DNA of 64,000 nt from NCBI GenBank assembly GCA_039811685.1, contig JBDHZC010000001.1, positions 1-64,000 on the forward strand, in the 5' to 3' direction. Origin of the DNA: Armatimonadota bacterium. GTDB taxonomy: Bacteria > Armatimonadota > UBA5829 > DSUL01. Below are positions 19,486-29,126 of the stretch, piece after piece; position 1 is the stretch's first letter, and each line of letters begins with the position of its first letter. Under the pieces are notes generated by a model, which did no database searches, was not told the DNA's origin, and worked only from the letters and a program-made list of their open reading frames with translations. The position numbers and the translations under genes were made by a program.

Positions 19486-20313
19486 ATGCAATCTCCAAAA
19501 CAAGCTCTCTGGTGGATTCTGGCAGGGGCGATATTGCTCCTCGCGTTGTGGTTTGCGTCTCCGGTGCTTGGCCGCTACCTTCCCAGGAGCATTCCTGTCA
19601 TTCTGGCAGCGGAGATAGCGTTGACGGTGGTGTGGGTTGGGCTCGTCGTTCTGCTGGTGCGCGGGGTAGCAGGCCTGGAGCTGAGTTTCTGGCGCAGTGT
19701 TGCCTCATTTGTTGTCACTGCCGCAGTTGGCGTGGCAATGAACTATGGGCACTTCGGTCAGAAACTCGCCGTTATCATCGTCCCTGTTTACGGGATCATC
19801 GTATTGCTGGGCGCTGCATTTCTGGGGTCAGTCGTTTCGGTTGTCTTTCGCGACCGGAATATTCTGCTTCCAATCGCGCTGATAGCGCCGCTGATTGACT
19901 ACTGGACTGTGCGCTTCGGCCCGGTTAGCCAAGCTATCCAAGGAAGGCCGGAAATACTCGGCAAGCTGTCGGTAGTGATGCCGCACGCGACAGCGCTGAA
20001 ACCACTGGCTCTGATCGGTGCGGGTGACTTCCTGTTTATGTCTATGTTTCTCACCGCAGCTCAGAGACTGAAGATGAGCCCCGGCTTGACGGCGTGGCTC
20101 TGGGTTCCACTGATCTCTGCGGCTATGGTCGCGGTTGTGTTCTGGGACGCTGTGGGGCAGTTGGGAATGCCGGGTCTGGTGGTTATAAGCCTGGGGTTTC
20201 TGATTGCCAATTTCCGTCACTTCAAATTGACGCGCGTTGAAATGGCTACCACGGCTGGCCTGACGGTTGTGGTTCTGGTGGCTGTTGCCTACATTCAACT
20301 CCGTGCTCACTAA
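19486..20313 (+). CDS. Multi-pass membrane protein, putative GxGD intramembrane aspartyl protease (presenilin/SPP-like)
   Basis: Hydrophobic throughout; LIDYW, LIGAGDF and MPGL in the order of the presenilin YD / GxGD / PAL motifs. Confidence 0.55.
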   Translation: MQSPKQALWWILAGAILLLALWFASPVLGRYLPRSIPVILAAEIALTVVWVGLVVLLVRGVAGLELSFWRSVASFVVTAAVGVAMNYGHFGQKLAVIIVPVYGIIVLLGAAFLGSVVSVVFRDRNILLPIALIAPLIDYWTVRFGPVSQAIQGRPEILGKLSVVMPHATALKPLALIGAGDFLFMSMFLTAAQRLKMSPGLTAWLWVPLISAAMVAVVFWDAVGQLGMPGLVVISLGFLIANFRHFKLTRVEMATTAGLTVVVLVAVAYIQLRAH

Positions 20314-20320
20314 GACAATT

Positions 20321-22873
20321 ATGAGTTCAACTGATACTAAGTATTCTCAAAAAACTGTAACACCTTCGCCCGCAAAGTACAACTTTCGAGAGATAGAGGC
20401 AAAATGGCAGGCTCTGTGGCGGGAGGCCGAGCTGTTCAAGGCCTCAGAGGACCCGACGCGCCCGAAGTTTTACGGACTGGAGTTCTTCCCTTACCCATCT
20501 GGTTCCGGTCTTTCAGTTGGACATTGCCGCAATTACATCCCGACGGATGTGTTCTGTCGCTATCGGCACATGAACGGAGACAACGTGCTGCATCCGATGG
20601 GGTGGGATGCCTTCGGCCTGCCTGCGGAAAACGAGGCCATCCGCCGCCACGCGCATCCAAGAGAGACTGTGCCGCAGTACATCGCGACATATAAGCGCCA
20701 GATGAACCTGATCGGGTTGTCCTACGACTGGTCTCGCGAAGTGAATTCGAGTTCACCTGATTACTATCGCTGGACACAGTGGTTCTTCCTGCTTCTGTAC
20801 CGTCGCGGATTGGCTTACCGTTCAACGGCTCCTGCCAACTGGTGTCCGTCATGCGCTACAGTTGTAGCCAACGAGGAAGTCGAGCAGGGTCTGCACGAGC
20901 GCTGTGGCACACCCATCGAGAAGAAAGATTTGCCGCAGTGGTTCTTCCGGATCACCGCCTATGCAGACCGTCTTCTGGACGATCTGGACACGGTTGACTG
21001 GCCGGAGTCCATCAAGACTATGCAGCGCAACTGGATCGGCCGGAGCGTGGGCGTGGAGTTCGATATGGCCATCGAAGACCATCCCGGGAAAGCGATGCGC
21101 GTGTTCACAACCCGCGTGGACACCGTATTCGGGATGTCCTTTGCCGTGCTTGCGCCGGAGCATCCGCTTGTCGCAGAGATCACAACGCCTGAGCACTCTC
21201 TCGAAGTGCAGGAGTATGTGCGCCAGGCGCGCCGCACCTCCGAGATAGACCGTCTCTCCACTGATCGCCAGCGAACGGGATGTTTCACGGGGGCCTATGC
21301 CCTCAACCCGGTCAACAATCAAAAGGTTCCGGTATTCATCGCGGATTACGTGCTGCTCTCCTATGGGACAGGGGCGATTATGGCTGTTCCTGGGCACGAC
21401 ACGCGTGACTATGATTTCGCAAAAAACTATAACTTACCTGTCACAACCGTAATTGCGCCCGAAGGATGGGACGGGCAGACGCTGGACTCCCCGCACACCG
21501 GTGACGGGACGATGGTCAACTCTGGTGCTTTCAATGGCCTGTCTAACGCAGAAGGCGCACACCAGATTGCCGACTGGATGGAGCAGCGGGGGATCGGAAA
21601 GAAGCAGGTCAACTACCGGCTGCGAGACTGGCTGATCTCCCGCCAGCGCTACTGGGGTGCGCCGATACCAATCGTCCACTGCGACAAATGCGGAGAGGTC
21701 GCGGTGCCGGAGGATCAACTTCCTGTTTTGCTGCCCGATGTCGAGAATTACGAGCCTCCAGGAGACGGTAGCTCGCCATTGGCTGGAATAGCTGATTTTG
21801 TCAACACCACGTGTCCTCAGTGTTCCGGGCCAGCCAGGCGCGAAACTGACACTATGGGTGGGTTTGCCTGCTCAAGCTGGTACTTCCTGCGGTACGCTGA
21901 TCCTCACAACGACCACAAGCCGTTTGACCCCGCTAAGGCCGCGTTCTGGTTGCCAGTTGATCTGTACGTCGGGGGGGCAGAACATGCCGTGATGCATCTG
22001 CTCTATGCGCGATTCTGGACCAAGGTTATCCATGACGCGGGGATGATCGGGTTTGTCGAACCGTTCCAGCGCCTGAAAAACCAGGGCATGATGCTGGCGC
22101 CAGACCCGGAGAATCCCGGTGTAATGGTGAAAATGTCCAAGTCAAAGGGAAACGTGGTGACGCCGGATGAGATGGCACAGAAGTACGGCGCGGATGCTCT
22201 TCGCGTGTATGAGCTGTTTGTCGCCCCCTTTGAGGACACCGTTCCATGGAGCGAAGAGGGCATCAACGGCGCGTGGCGTTTCCTGAACAGGGTCTATCGT
22301 GTCATTGCTGACCGTCCCCAGAGCTGGGTCTCAAACTGGCGGGAGACCGTCCGGGAGGAAACCGTTAGTGAGGAAGCCAGAGCCCTCGCCCGCAAGACAC
22401 ACCAGACCATTGCCAAGGTAACCCAGGACGTATCAGATTTCGCCTTCAATACGGCGGTGTCAGCTCTGATGGAGTTAACCAACCAGATGTACGATTTCGT
22501 TCAGGCCAAGAACGGACTGGACTATCAGTGCGCGGTGTTCAGCCAGTCTGTTGAGTCGCTGATTATGCTGCTTGCTCCCATTGCGCCGCATCTGGCGGAT
22601 GAATTGTGGGCAATGCTGGGGAACGACGGGTTTACATACAACAGGCCGTGGCCACAGTACGATCCCGAGATTGCGCGAGCAGACACGGTCACCATTGTTA
22701 TACAGGTGAATGGCAAGTTGCGGGACAAGGTGCAGGCGCCTGCGGAAACGCCTGCGGATGAGCTGGAGAAAATGGCGCGAGCAAGCGAAAAAGTGGTGGC
22801 GGCATTGGACGGGAAATCAATCAGAAAGGTTATCGTCGTGCCTCAAAAGCTGGTCAACGTTGTGATCGGCTGA
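20321..22873 (+). CDS. leuS: Leucine--tRNA ligase
   Basis: FPYPSG, HPMGWDAFGLPAEN, DWLISRQRYWG, KMSKS, C-terminal QVNGKLR. Confidence 0.98.
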   Translation: MSSTDTKYSQKTVTPSPAKYNFREIEAKWQALWREAELFKASEDPTRPKFYGLEFFPYPSGSGLSVGHCRNYIPTDVFCRYRHMNGDNVLHPMGWDAFGLPAENEAIRRHAHPRETVPQYIATYKRQMNLIGLSYDWSREVNSSSPDYYRWTQWFFLLLYRRGLAYRSTAPANWCPSCATVVANEEVEQGLHERCGTPIEKKDLPQWFFRITAYADRLLDDLDTVDWPESIKTMQRNWIGRSVGVEFDMAIEDHPGKAMRVFTTRVDTVFGMSFAVLAPEHPLVAEITTPEHSLEVQEYVRQARRTSEIDRLSTDRQRTGCFTGAYALNPVNNQKVPVFIADYVLLSYGTGAIMAVPGHDTRDYDFAKNYNLPVTTVIAPEGWDGQTLDSPHTGDGTMVNSGAFNGLSNAEGAHQIADWMEQRGIGKKQVNYRLRDWLISRQRYWGAPIPIVHCDKCGEVAVPEDQLPVLLPDVENYEPPGDGSSPLAGIADFVNTTCPQCSGPARRETDTMGGFACSSWYFLRYADPHNDHKPFDPAKAAFWLPVDLYVGGAEHAVMHLLYARFWTKVIHDAGMIGFVEPFQRLKNQGMMLAPDPENPGVMVKMSKSKGNVVTPDEMAQKYGADALRVYELFVAPFEDTVPWSEEGINGAWRFLNRVYRVIADRPQSWVSNWRETVREETVSEEARALARKTHQTIAKVTQDVSDFAFNTAVSALMELTNQMYDFVQAKNGLDYQCAVFSQSVESLIMLLAPIAPHLADELWAMLGNDGFTYNRPWPQYDPEIARADTVTIVIQVNGKLRDKVQAPAETPADELEKMARASEKVVAALDGKSIRKVIVVPQKLVNVVIG

Positions 22874-22928
22874 GTTTTCCTGTGATCGCCAGGTTGTGAG
22901 ACTCCAGCGGTCAAGCTCTGAGAACACA

Positions 22929-23687
22929 ATGGATTTTCAGTCGCGCTCCAAGCTGGCTGTAGTGTTGATACTTGTGGCAGGGTTGCTGGCCACAGGCTAC
23001 ACCGTGTTCAGCCACTCCAGGCGGTTACCGGGAGATTTCGCGTCGGTGGACATTGTCGAGCTCTCAGAAAAGCCGGCTGCCGGCTCAGATCCCATGCCTG
23101 ATTTGGGATCTGGCATGGCTGATAACGCTGCGTCTGAAAGCGCATCAGCGGCTTCAGGCGCCCAGACGTCCGAAGTGGTGGTTCACGTAGCGGGAATGGT
23201 CAAGAATCCGGGGGTCTATCGCCTCGCGCCGGGAGAGCGGGTTGTTGACGCTCTGAAGAAGGCTGGCGGGGCCAGGGATTCGGCAGACCTGGACTCCATC
23301 AACCTGGCAGCGCGTCCTCAGGATGGGGAGCAGATCTATGTGCCGAAAAAAGGCTCTGCGCCTCCAGATTCACTTGTCGGTCTTTCGCCTGAGGGCGCCG
23401 CGAAGTCCACAGTAAGCTCCGCTATTCCACCGCGCCTGCGTGCCGCGCACTCCCTGTCTGGAGGGAGTCCTTCCGGTTCACCCAGCGCACACCGCGTCGT
23501 CAACATCAACACCGCCACAGCGGCGGAACTGGACACGCTGCCTGGCGTTGGGCCTTCCACTGCCCGTAGTATCCTTGAGTATCGCAAAGCCGTCGGGGGT
23601 TTCGCTCGGGTTGAGGACCTGATAAATGTGAAGGGAATCGGTGAGAAGAAATTCGCTCAGATGAAGCCGTGGGTGGTGGTGAAGTAG
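22929..23687 (+). CDS. comEA: ComEA family DNA-binding protein (TM, SLBB, helix-hairpin-helix)
   Basis: VHVAGMVKNPGVY, INLA, NINTATAAELDTLPGVGP, VKGIGEK. Confidence 0.92.
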   Translation: MDFQSRSKLAVVLILVAGLLATGYTVFSHSRRLPGDFASVDIVELSEKPAAGSDPMPDLGSGMADNAASESASAASGAQTSEVVVHVAGMVKNPGVYRLAPGERVVDALKKAGGARDSADLDSINLAARPQDGEQIYVPKKGSAPPDSLVGLSPEGAAKSTVSSAIPPRLRAAHSLSGGSPSGSPSAHRVVNINTATAAELDTLPGVGPSTARSILEYRKAVGGFARVEDLINVKGIGEKKFAQMKPWVVVK

Positions 23688-24559
23688 AAGCGCTGCGCCT
23701 GCCATCGCCGGATCAGATCAGCGCCGAGCCTTTGCGCAGGATGTATGGAGAACTATCCCGGCGTACTCTGGTGATGGGCGTCCTGAATGTCACGCCAGAC
23801 TCGTTCTCTGATGGTGGGCGGTTTCAGGGGGCAGAAGCGGCTGTAGAGGCAGCTCTTTCGATGGTTGACGAAGGCGCTGACATCATAGACGTCGGCGGCG
23901 AAAGCTCACGCCCGGGAGCTCAGGCAATTAGCGCAGACGAAGAGATTGGCCGTGTGTGCCCTGTTCTTGAGCGCCTCACCAGACTCACGGATGTGCCTGT
24001 CTCTATTGACACTACCAAAGCTGAAGTTGCGAAAGCGGCGGTGGAGGCTGGAGCGCTCATTGTCAACGACATTACTGCCCTGGGGAACGACCCTGCGGTT
24101 GCGGAAGTCGCTGCAAGATATCGCCTGCCTCTTATTTTGATGCACATGCAGGGTACCCCGCGCACAATGCAGCTTGCGCCGCATTACAGCGATCTGTATG
24201 GAGAGATTACAGCCTTCCTTGCTCAACGGCTAGCCATCGCAGAAAGCCTGGGCGTCCCACGGGAGTTGTTGCTCGTGGATCCAGGATTTGGATTCGGCAA
24301 GACGCTGGAGCACAATTTGCAGCTTCTCAAACGTCTGTGGGTCTTTAGAGAGCTTGGCTGTCCGGTCCTGGTGGGAACCTCCCGCAAATCTTCACTCGGT
24401 AAGATCGTTCCTGACGATGGCCCTCAGGATCGCCTTGAGGCTACCGCTGCCACAGTGGCGATATCTATTGCCAACGGCGCAAACATCGTGCGCGTACATG
24501 ATGTAAAAGCTATGGTGCGGGTGGTGAGAGTAACAGACGCGATACTGCACGTTGACTAG
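23669..24559 (+). CDS. folP: Dihydropteroate synthase
   Basis: MGVLNVTPDSFSDGG, GGESSRPG, DPGFGFGK, SRKS, VRVHDV; start uncertain (possibly ATG 23741). Confidence 0.96.
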   Translation: MGGGEVEALRLPSPDQISAEPLRRMYGELSRRTLVMGVLNVTPDSFSDGGRFQGAEAAVEAALSMVDEGADIIDVGGESSRPGAQAISADEEIGRVCPVLERLTRLTDVPVSIDTTKAEVAKAAVEAGALIVNDITALGNDPAVAEVAARYRLPLILMHMQGTPRTMQLAPHYSDLYGEITAFLAQRLAIAESLGVPRELLLVDPGFGFGKTLEHNLQLLKRLWVFRELGCPVLVGTSRKSSLGKIVPDDGPQDRLEATAATVAISIANGANIVRVHDVKAMVRVVRVTDAILHVD

Positions 24560-24899
24560 GTCAGGCTCTGCTGATTTTGAGCGCGTCTCGGATATTGCGC
24601 GTTTTTGCAGGAGCCTGCCTCCCCCTGTTATCCCTTTCTGAGCGCAAACCAGCTCTGGTATCCTCCGGCCCCTGGTTTTTTCTGCCGCGTCGAGAATCTT
24701 GGAACCAATGCTGCGTTCACCCCTGATGACGGAAACATTTTGTGCTAGAATACATGCGGTCGCGGTAAGAGTAGATGTTGCCGCGAGCTTTTCCTGAAGA
24801 TTTTGAGGCCCGCGTGCCGCCCAGGCGCCATTTCTGCCTGGGCGCGTTTTGTGTACGCTCACCGGCGGGCTGGACTCTGACGGCGATGTGTGGATTACC

Positions 24900-26243
24900 A
24901 TGTTTGATAGCCTGACATCCAGACTACAGGGCGTTTTTGACCGCCTTCGCGGGCGCGGCGCACTGACAGAAAAGGACGTTGACGAAGCTCTCAAAGAGGT
25001 TCGAAGGGCGCTGCTTGAGGCGGATGTCAACTTCAAAGTCGTCAAAGAGTTCGTCACTCACGTGCGCGAGAAGGCCGTGGGACAGGACGTTCTTGAGAGT
25101 CTGAGCGCGGCGCAGCAGGTCGTCAAGTTTGTCCGGGATGAAATGGTTGCGCTGCTCGGGCAGTCCGATCCGCGTCTGAAAGGCGCAGATAGTCCACCAA
25201 GCGTCATTCTTCTGGCTGGTTTGAACGGCGCGGGCAAGACAACGACGGCCGGAAAACTGGCGCTTCGGATGAAAAGTGAAGGGAAGCGGCCTCTGCTGGT
25301 CGCTGCGGACATTCACCGGCCGGCTGCGGCAAAACAGCTTGCTACACTGGCAGAGCAGGTGGGCGTCCCGGTCCACACTCCATTGTCGTCCGATACAGCA
25401 GTAGGGGTTGCCAGGGATGGCGTTGCGCTGGCGCGCAGGGAGTCGTTGGACCCCGTCATTGTGGACCTGGCCGGACGGCAGCACGCCGATGAAGACCTGA
25501 TGCGGGAACTTGCAGAGGTCAGCCGCGCAACATCGCCGAGTGAGGTCCTGCTGGTGCTGGACGCCATGACCGGACAGGATGCAGTAAATACGGCGCTGGA
25601 GTTTGGCAGGCACGTGCCCATCACCGGTTTTGTGCTGACGAAGATGGATGCGGACGCTCGGGGCGGCGCGGCGATCAGCATTCGTCAGGTGACGGGGCAT
25701 CCGATCAAGTTTGTTGGAATCAGCGAAAAGATGGACGGACTGGAGCCGTTCCATCCGGACCGTATGGCGGGCCGAATTCTGGGCATGGGTGACGTGCTCA
25801 CTCTGGTGGAAAAAGCGGAACAGGCTTTCAACGCGGAGCAGGCCAAAGAGCTCGAAGCCAAGTTTTTGAAGGATGACTTTGGTTTCGACGACTATCTTGA
25901 GCAGATTGGACGAATGCGCAAGATGGGACCTTTGGACCAGATTATGGGAATGATTCCCGGTTTTGGAAAGATAAAAGACCTCGCCGGTGAAGTCAACGAA
26001 AGCGAGTTGGACCGCGTCACCGCCATAATCAACTCAATGACGCGTGAAGAGCGCAGAAGTCCGGACATGATTAACGGCAGTCGGCGGCGCAGGATTGCCA
26101 TTGGCAGCGGCTCTAACGTCCAGGACGTCAACAGGCTTTTGAGGCAGTTTAGTGATATGCGCCGGATGATGCGGCAATTTGCCAATATCGAGCACAATCC
26201 GAAGGCGCAGAAGCGGCTGATGAATATGCCGTTTCTCAGATAG
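24900..26243 (+). CDS. ffh: Signal recognition particle protein
   Basis: ALLEADV, GAGKTT, DLAGR, DAMTGQDA, TKMD, RILGMGD, M-domain SRRRRIA. Confidence 0.98.
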   Translation: MFDSLTSRLQGVFDRLRGRGALTEKDVDEALKEVRRALLEADVNFKVVKEFVTHVREKAVGQDVLESLSAAQQVVKFVRDEMVALLGQSDPRLKGADSPPSVILLAGLNGAGKTTTAGKLALRMKSEGKRPLLVAADIHRPAAAKQLATLAEQVGVPVHTPLSSDTAVGVARDGVALARRESLDPVIVDLAGRQHADEDLMRELAEVSRATSPSEVLLVLDAMTGQDAVNTALEFGRHVPITGFVLTKMDADARGGAAISIRQVTGHPIKFVGISEKMDGLEPFHPDRMAGRILGMGDVLTLVEKAEQAFNAEQAKELEAKFLKDDFGFDDYLEQIGRMRKMGPLDQIMGMIPGFGKIKDLAGEVNESELDRVTAIINSMTREERRSPDMINGSRRRRIAIGSGSNVQDVNRLLRQFSDMRRMMRQFANIEHNPKAQKRLMNMPFLR

Positions 26244-26396
26244 TCTGTCCTGTGTGACAGATGAGAGTAAGCATCCGATGTGGGCCGCTTGCGCGGCCCG
26301 AAGGATACCCGTGGCGGTGGGCTATTTTTACCACACGCCAGGCTTACAGACGAGACGTCCCGAATAGACCGGGACTCCGAAGGAGATGAAAACTCA

Positions 26397-26822
26397 GTGT
26401 CCGTAAGAATCCGTTTACGCAGAATGGGAACGCGCAAGAAGCCGTTCTACCGCATTGTTGTCGCCGATCAGCGCTGCGCGCGCGACGGCCGCTTTATAGC
26501 CCTCCTGGGCAACTACGATCCGCGTCAGGATCCTCCCGCTATCAACCTTGACACCGAAAAAGCCGCGCAGTGGCTTAAGAACGGCGCGCAGCCCTCGGAA
26601 GTCGTGCGCTCAATTCTGGCCAAACATGGTCTGATGGAGCCTGCCCGCCGTCCGCAGGGCCCGGTCAAGCCGGTAGTCGCAGAAGAGGCCGTCACGCCCG
26701 CTGCTGAGGTAGCCCAGGCGCCCGCCGAAGTCACGGACGCTCCATCCGAGCAGACCAGTGAGGAAGTTGCTTCGCCCGACCAGCCGGCGACAGACGAAGC
26801 TGAAAACGCAGCGTCCGAATAG
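26397..26822 (+). CDS. rpsP: 30S ribosomal protein S16 with acidic C-terminal extension
   Basis: VRIRLRRMG, PFYRIVVAD, RDGRFI, GAQPS; GTG start after GAAGGAG. Confidence 0.97.
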   Translation: MSVRIRLRRMGTRKKPFYRIVVADQRCARDGRFIALLGNYDPRQDPPAINLDTEKAAQWLKNGAQPSEVVRSILAKHGLMEPARRPQGPVKPVVAEEAVTPAAEVAQAPAEVTDAPSEQTSEEVASPDQPATDEAENAASE

Positions 26823-26839
26823 TTGATAAAGGACAGTAT

Positions 26840-27079
26840 ATGAGCACAAAGGCCATGCTGATCGAGATTATAAAAGGGCTTGTGGATGATCCGGGCAGCG
26901 TTGAAGTGGAAGAAGCGGAGGACAGGAACGGCATCGTCTATGAAGTCAGCGTCGCTGAGGACGATCTGGGCAAGGTTATCGGCAAGGACGGCAAAATCGC
27001 TAACGCGCTGCGGGCTATCGCGAAGAGTGTCACAGGCGAAGACGACAATCGGCGCGTCCACGTAGAGATTCGCTCCTGA
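26840..27079 (+). CDS. khpA: KH domain RNA-binding protein KhpA (YlqC)
   Basis: DLGKVIGKDG KH motif; conserved position after rpsP. Confidence 0.93.
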   Translation: MSTKAMLIEIIKGLVDDPGSVEVEEAEDRNGIVYEVSVAEDDLGKVIGKDGKIANALRAIAKSVTGEDDNRRVHVEIRS

Positions 27080-27088
27080 CGAGTTCAG

Positions 27089-27463
27089 ATGAGCGTGCTG
27101 ATTCGCCGGCGGGCAAGCCTGGTCTATGAATTGACCGAAGATCTCAGACAGCGCCTCACTTCTGATTTGCAGGACAGACTCACTCGATCGTCCGTGGCGC
27201 TGGAAGCGCTGGATACCATGCTCGCCTCCGGCCAGCGGGAACGCGAAGCTGCGCTGAAGAAGGAGCGGGATCGCCTTGTTAGAGCTCGTAGCGAGGTGTC
27301 CGCGCGTCTTGCGCAGCTTTCCGAGCTGAACAACGAAACTGAGATAACGCAGGGTTCAGTGGAGCTGCTTTGCGAGCTCAAAGTCGGAGACTCAGAAGAG
27401 CGGCTGCGTGAGGCGCAGATTGTCATTCGGGACGGGCTTATCCGGGAGATACGAAACGGGTGA
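27089..27463 (+). CDS. YlqD-like coiled-coil protein
   Basis: Coiled coil then QGSVE...LKVGD...IVIRDG; position between khpA and rimM. Confidence 0.75.
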   Translation: MSVLIRRRASLVYELTEDLRQRLTSDLQDRLTRSSVALEALDTMLASGQREREAALKKERDRLVRARSEVSARLAQLSELNNETEITQGSVELLCELKVGDSEERLREAQIVIRDGLIREIRNG

Positions 27464-27960
27464 AAGACACGCCCGTGATTGTTGCGCGTATCGTTTCACC
27501 GTTTGGGCGGCGAGGAGAAGTGAAGTCGTTGCTGGAGACGGATTTTCCGGAGGAGTTCGCTGGGCGCAAGAGTCTGCTGGTAACAGATGGCGCTGGTAAT
27601 GTTCGGGAACATTCAGTGGAGCAGATACGGTTTCACAAGGGCGCGGCGCTTGTCAAACTCGCTGGAATTGACTCTATTGATGACGCTGAAACACTGCGAG
27701 GGAAGTTTCTGGCCATCTGGCCACAGGACCGGGCAAAGCTGGGGCGCGGAGAGTACTGGCTGGACGAAATCGTCGGTTTGCAGGTATACACCGAGGATGG
27801 TCGCCCACTCGGCAAAATCACAGAGGTGATTCGCGGGCCCGCCAATGATGTCTGGGTTACGCCAAAGGCCATGATCCCGGTTGTGGATGAATTTGTGCTG
27901 AGCGTGGATGTCCCGGGAGACAGAGTCGTGGTGCGCTTTGTAGAGGGTATGGAGACCTGA
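27460..27960 (+). CDS. rimM: Ribosome maturation factor RimM
   Basis: PFGRRGEVK, EYWLDEIVGL, ANDVW, IP; context. Confidence 0.93.
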   Translation: MKDTPVIVARIVSPFGRRGEVKSLLETDFPEEFAGRKSLLVTDGAGNVREHSVEQIRFHKGAALVKLAGIDSIDDAETLRGKFLAIWPQDRAKLGRGEYWLDEIVGLQVYTEDGRPLGKITEVIRGPANDVWVTPKAMIPVVDEFVLSVDVPGDRVVVRFVEGMET

Positions 27961-27969
27961 CCCGAAGCT

Positions 27970-28719
27970 TTGAGAGTTGATATCGTTACGGTCTTTCCGG
28001 AGATGATCCAGCAGGCGATCTCTCACAGCATTATCCGGCGGGCGAGGGAGGCCGCAGTGCTGGACATTCGCGTGGTGAATCTGCGGGATTACACGCACGA
28101 TGCGCGCCGTACAACGGACGACTCGCCGTACGGAGGCGGGCCGGGAATGGTCATGAAGATTGAACCGCTCTGCGAAGCAGTGCAGGCGGTGAGAGAGCAT
28201 CAGGCGGACGCCCGGCCTCTCGTGATCTTGATGGATGCGGCCGGCGAAAAGCTGGATCAGAAGCTTGTTCAAGAGATTGCCGCGCATGAGAGCCTGGTAT
28301 TGCTCTGCGGGCACTATGAGGGTGTCGATGAGCGCGTCCGCAGCCGCCTGGTGGATCGCGAGATATCAATCGGAGACTACGTGGTCACTGGAGGCGAGTT
28401 GCCTGCACTGGTTCTGCTGGATGCGGTGGCCCGACTGAAGCCGGGAGTTCTTGGCAAGGACGAGTCGGCCCAGGAAGAATCGTTTGCGCAAGGTCTGCTG
28501 GAGTACCCGCAATATACGCGTCCAGAAGAGTTTGAAGGTTTACAGGTGCCGGATGTGTTGCTTTCCGGGCATCATGCCGAGATTGGAAAGTGGAGAAGAC
28601 GGGAATCTCTTCGCAGAACCGCCGAGCGGCGGCCGGATCTACTGAATAAAGTAGAGTTGACCGCGGACGATTTACAGTTTTTGAGTGAGATCGGGATTTC
28701 TGTTCAGACAGATAAGTAG
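27970..28719 (+). CDS. trmD: tRNA (guanine37-N1)-methyltransferase
   Basis: PYGGGPGM, CGHYEGVDER, SIGDYVVTGGE, LLEYPQYTRP. Confidence 0.98.
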   Translation: MRVDIVTVFPEMIQQAISHSIIRRAREAAVLDIRVVNLRDYTHDARRTTDDSPYGGGPGMVMKIEPLCEAVQAVREHQADARPLVILMDAAGEKLDQKLVQEIAAHESLVLLCGHYEGVDERVRSRLVDREISIGDYVVTGGELPALVLLDAVARLKPGVLGKDESAQEESFAQGLLEYPQYTRPEEFEGLQVPDVLLSGHHAEIGKWRRRESLRRTAERRPDLLNKVELTADDLQFLSEIGISVQTDK

Positions 28720-28778
28720 TCCGCTCACGTTCACAGTAGCCAGCGGGACGCCGGCTCAATAACTGAAGGAAACCAATA

Positions 28779-29126
28779 GTGCAAGTCATACAGGAACTCG
28801 AAAGAGAACAGATCAAGCCGGATGTGCCGGACTGTGGGCCAGGCGATACCGTGCGCGTACACGTGCGGGTCTCCGAAGGCGGTAAGGAACGTGTGCAGGT
28901 CTTTGAGGGGACAGTGATCGCGCGTCAGCACGGATCCGTGCGTGAGAGCATTATCGTCCGCAAGCTCTCCCACGGAGTAGGCGTAGAGCGCACCTTCCTG
29001 CTTCACTCTCCCAAGATCGACAAGATCGAGGTCACCAGGCGCGGTCTGGTGCGCAGAGCAAAGCTGTACTACCTTAGAGGTAAGGTCGGAAAGGCAACCC
29101 GCATAAAAGAGCGCCGAGAGCGCTAA
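28779..29126 (+). CDS. rplS: 50S ribosomal protein L19
   Basis: [30 protein letters not shown]. Confidence 0.98.
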   Translation: MQVIQELEREQIKPDVPDCGPGDTVRVHVRVSEGGKERVQVFEGTVIARQHGSVRESIIVRKLSHGVGVERTFLLHSPKIDKIEVTRRGLVRRAKLYYLRGKVGKATRIKERRER

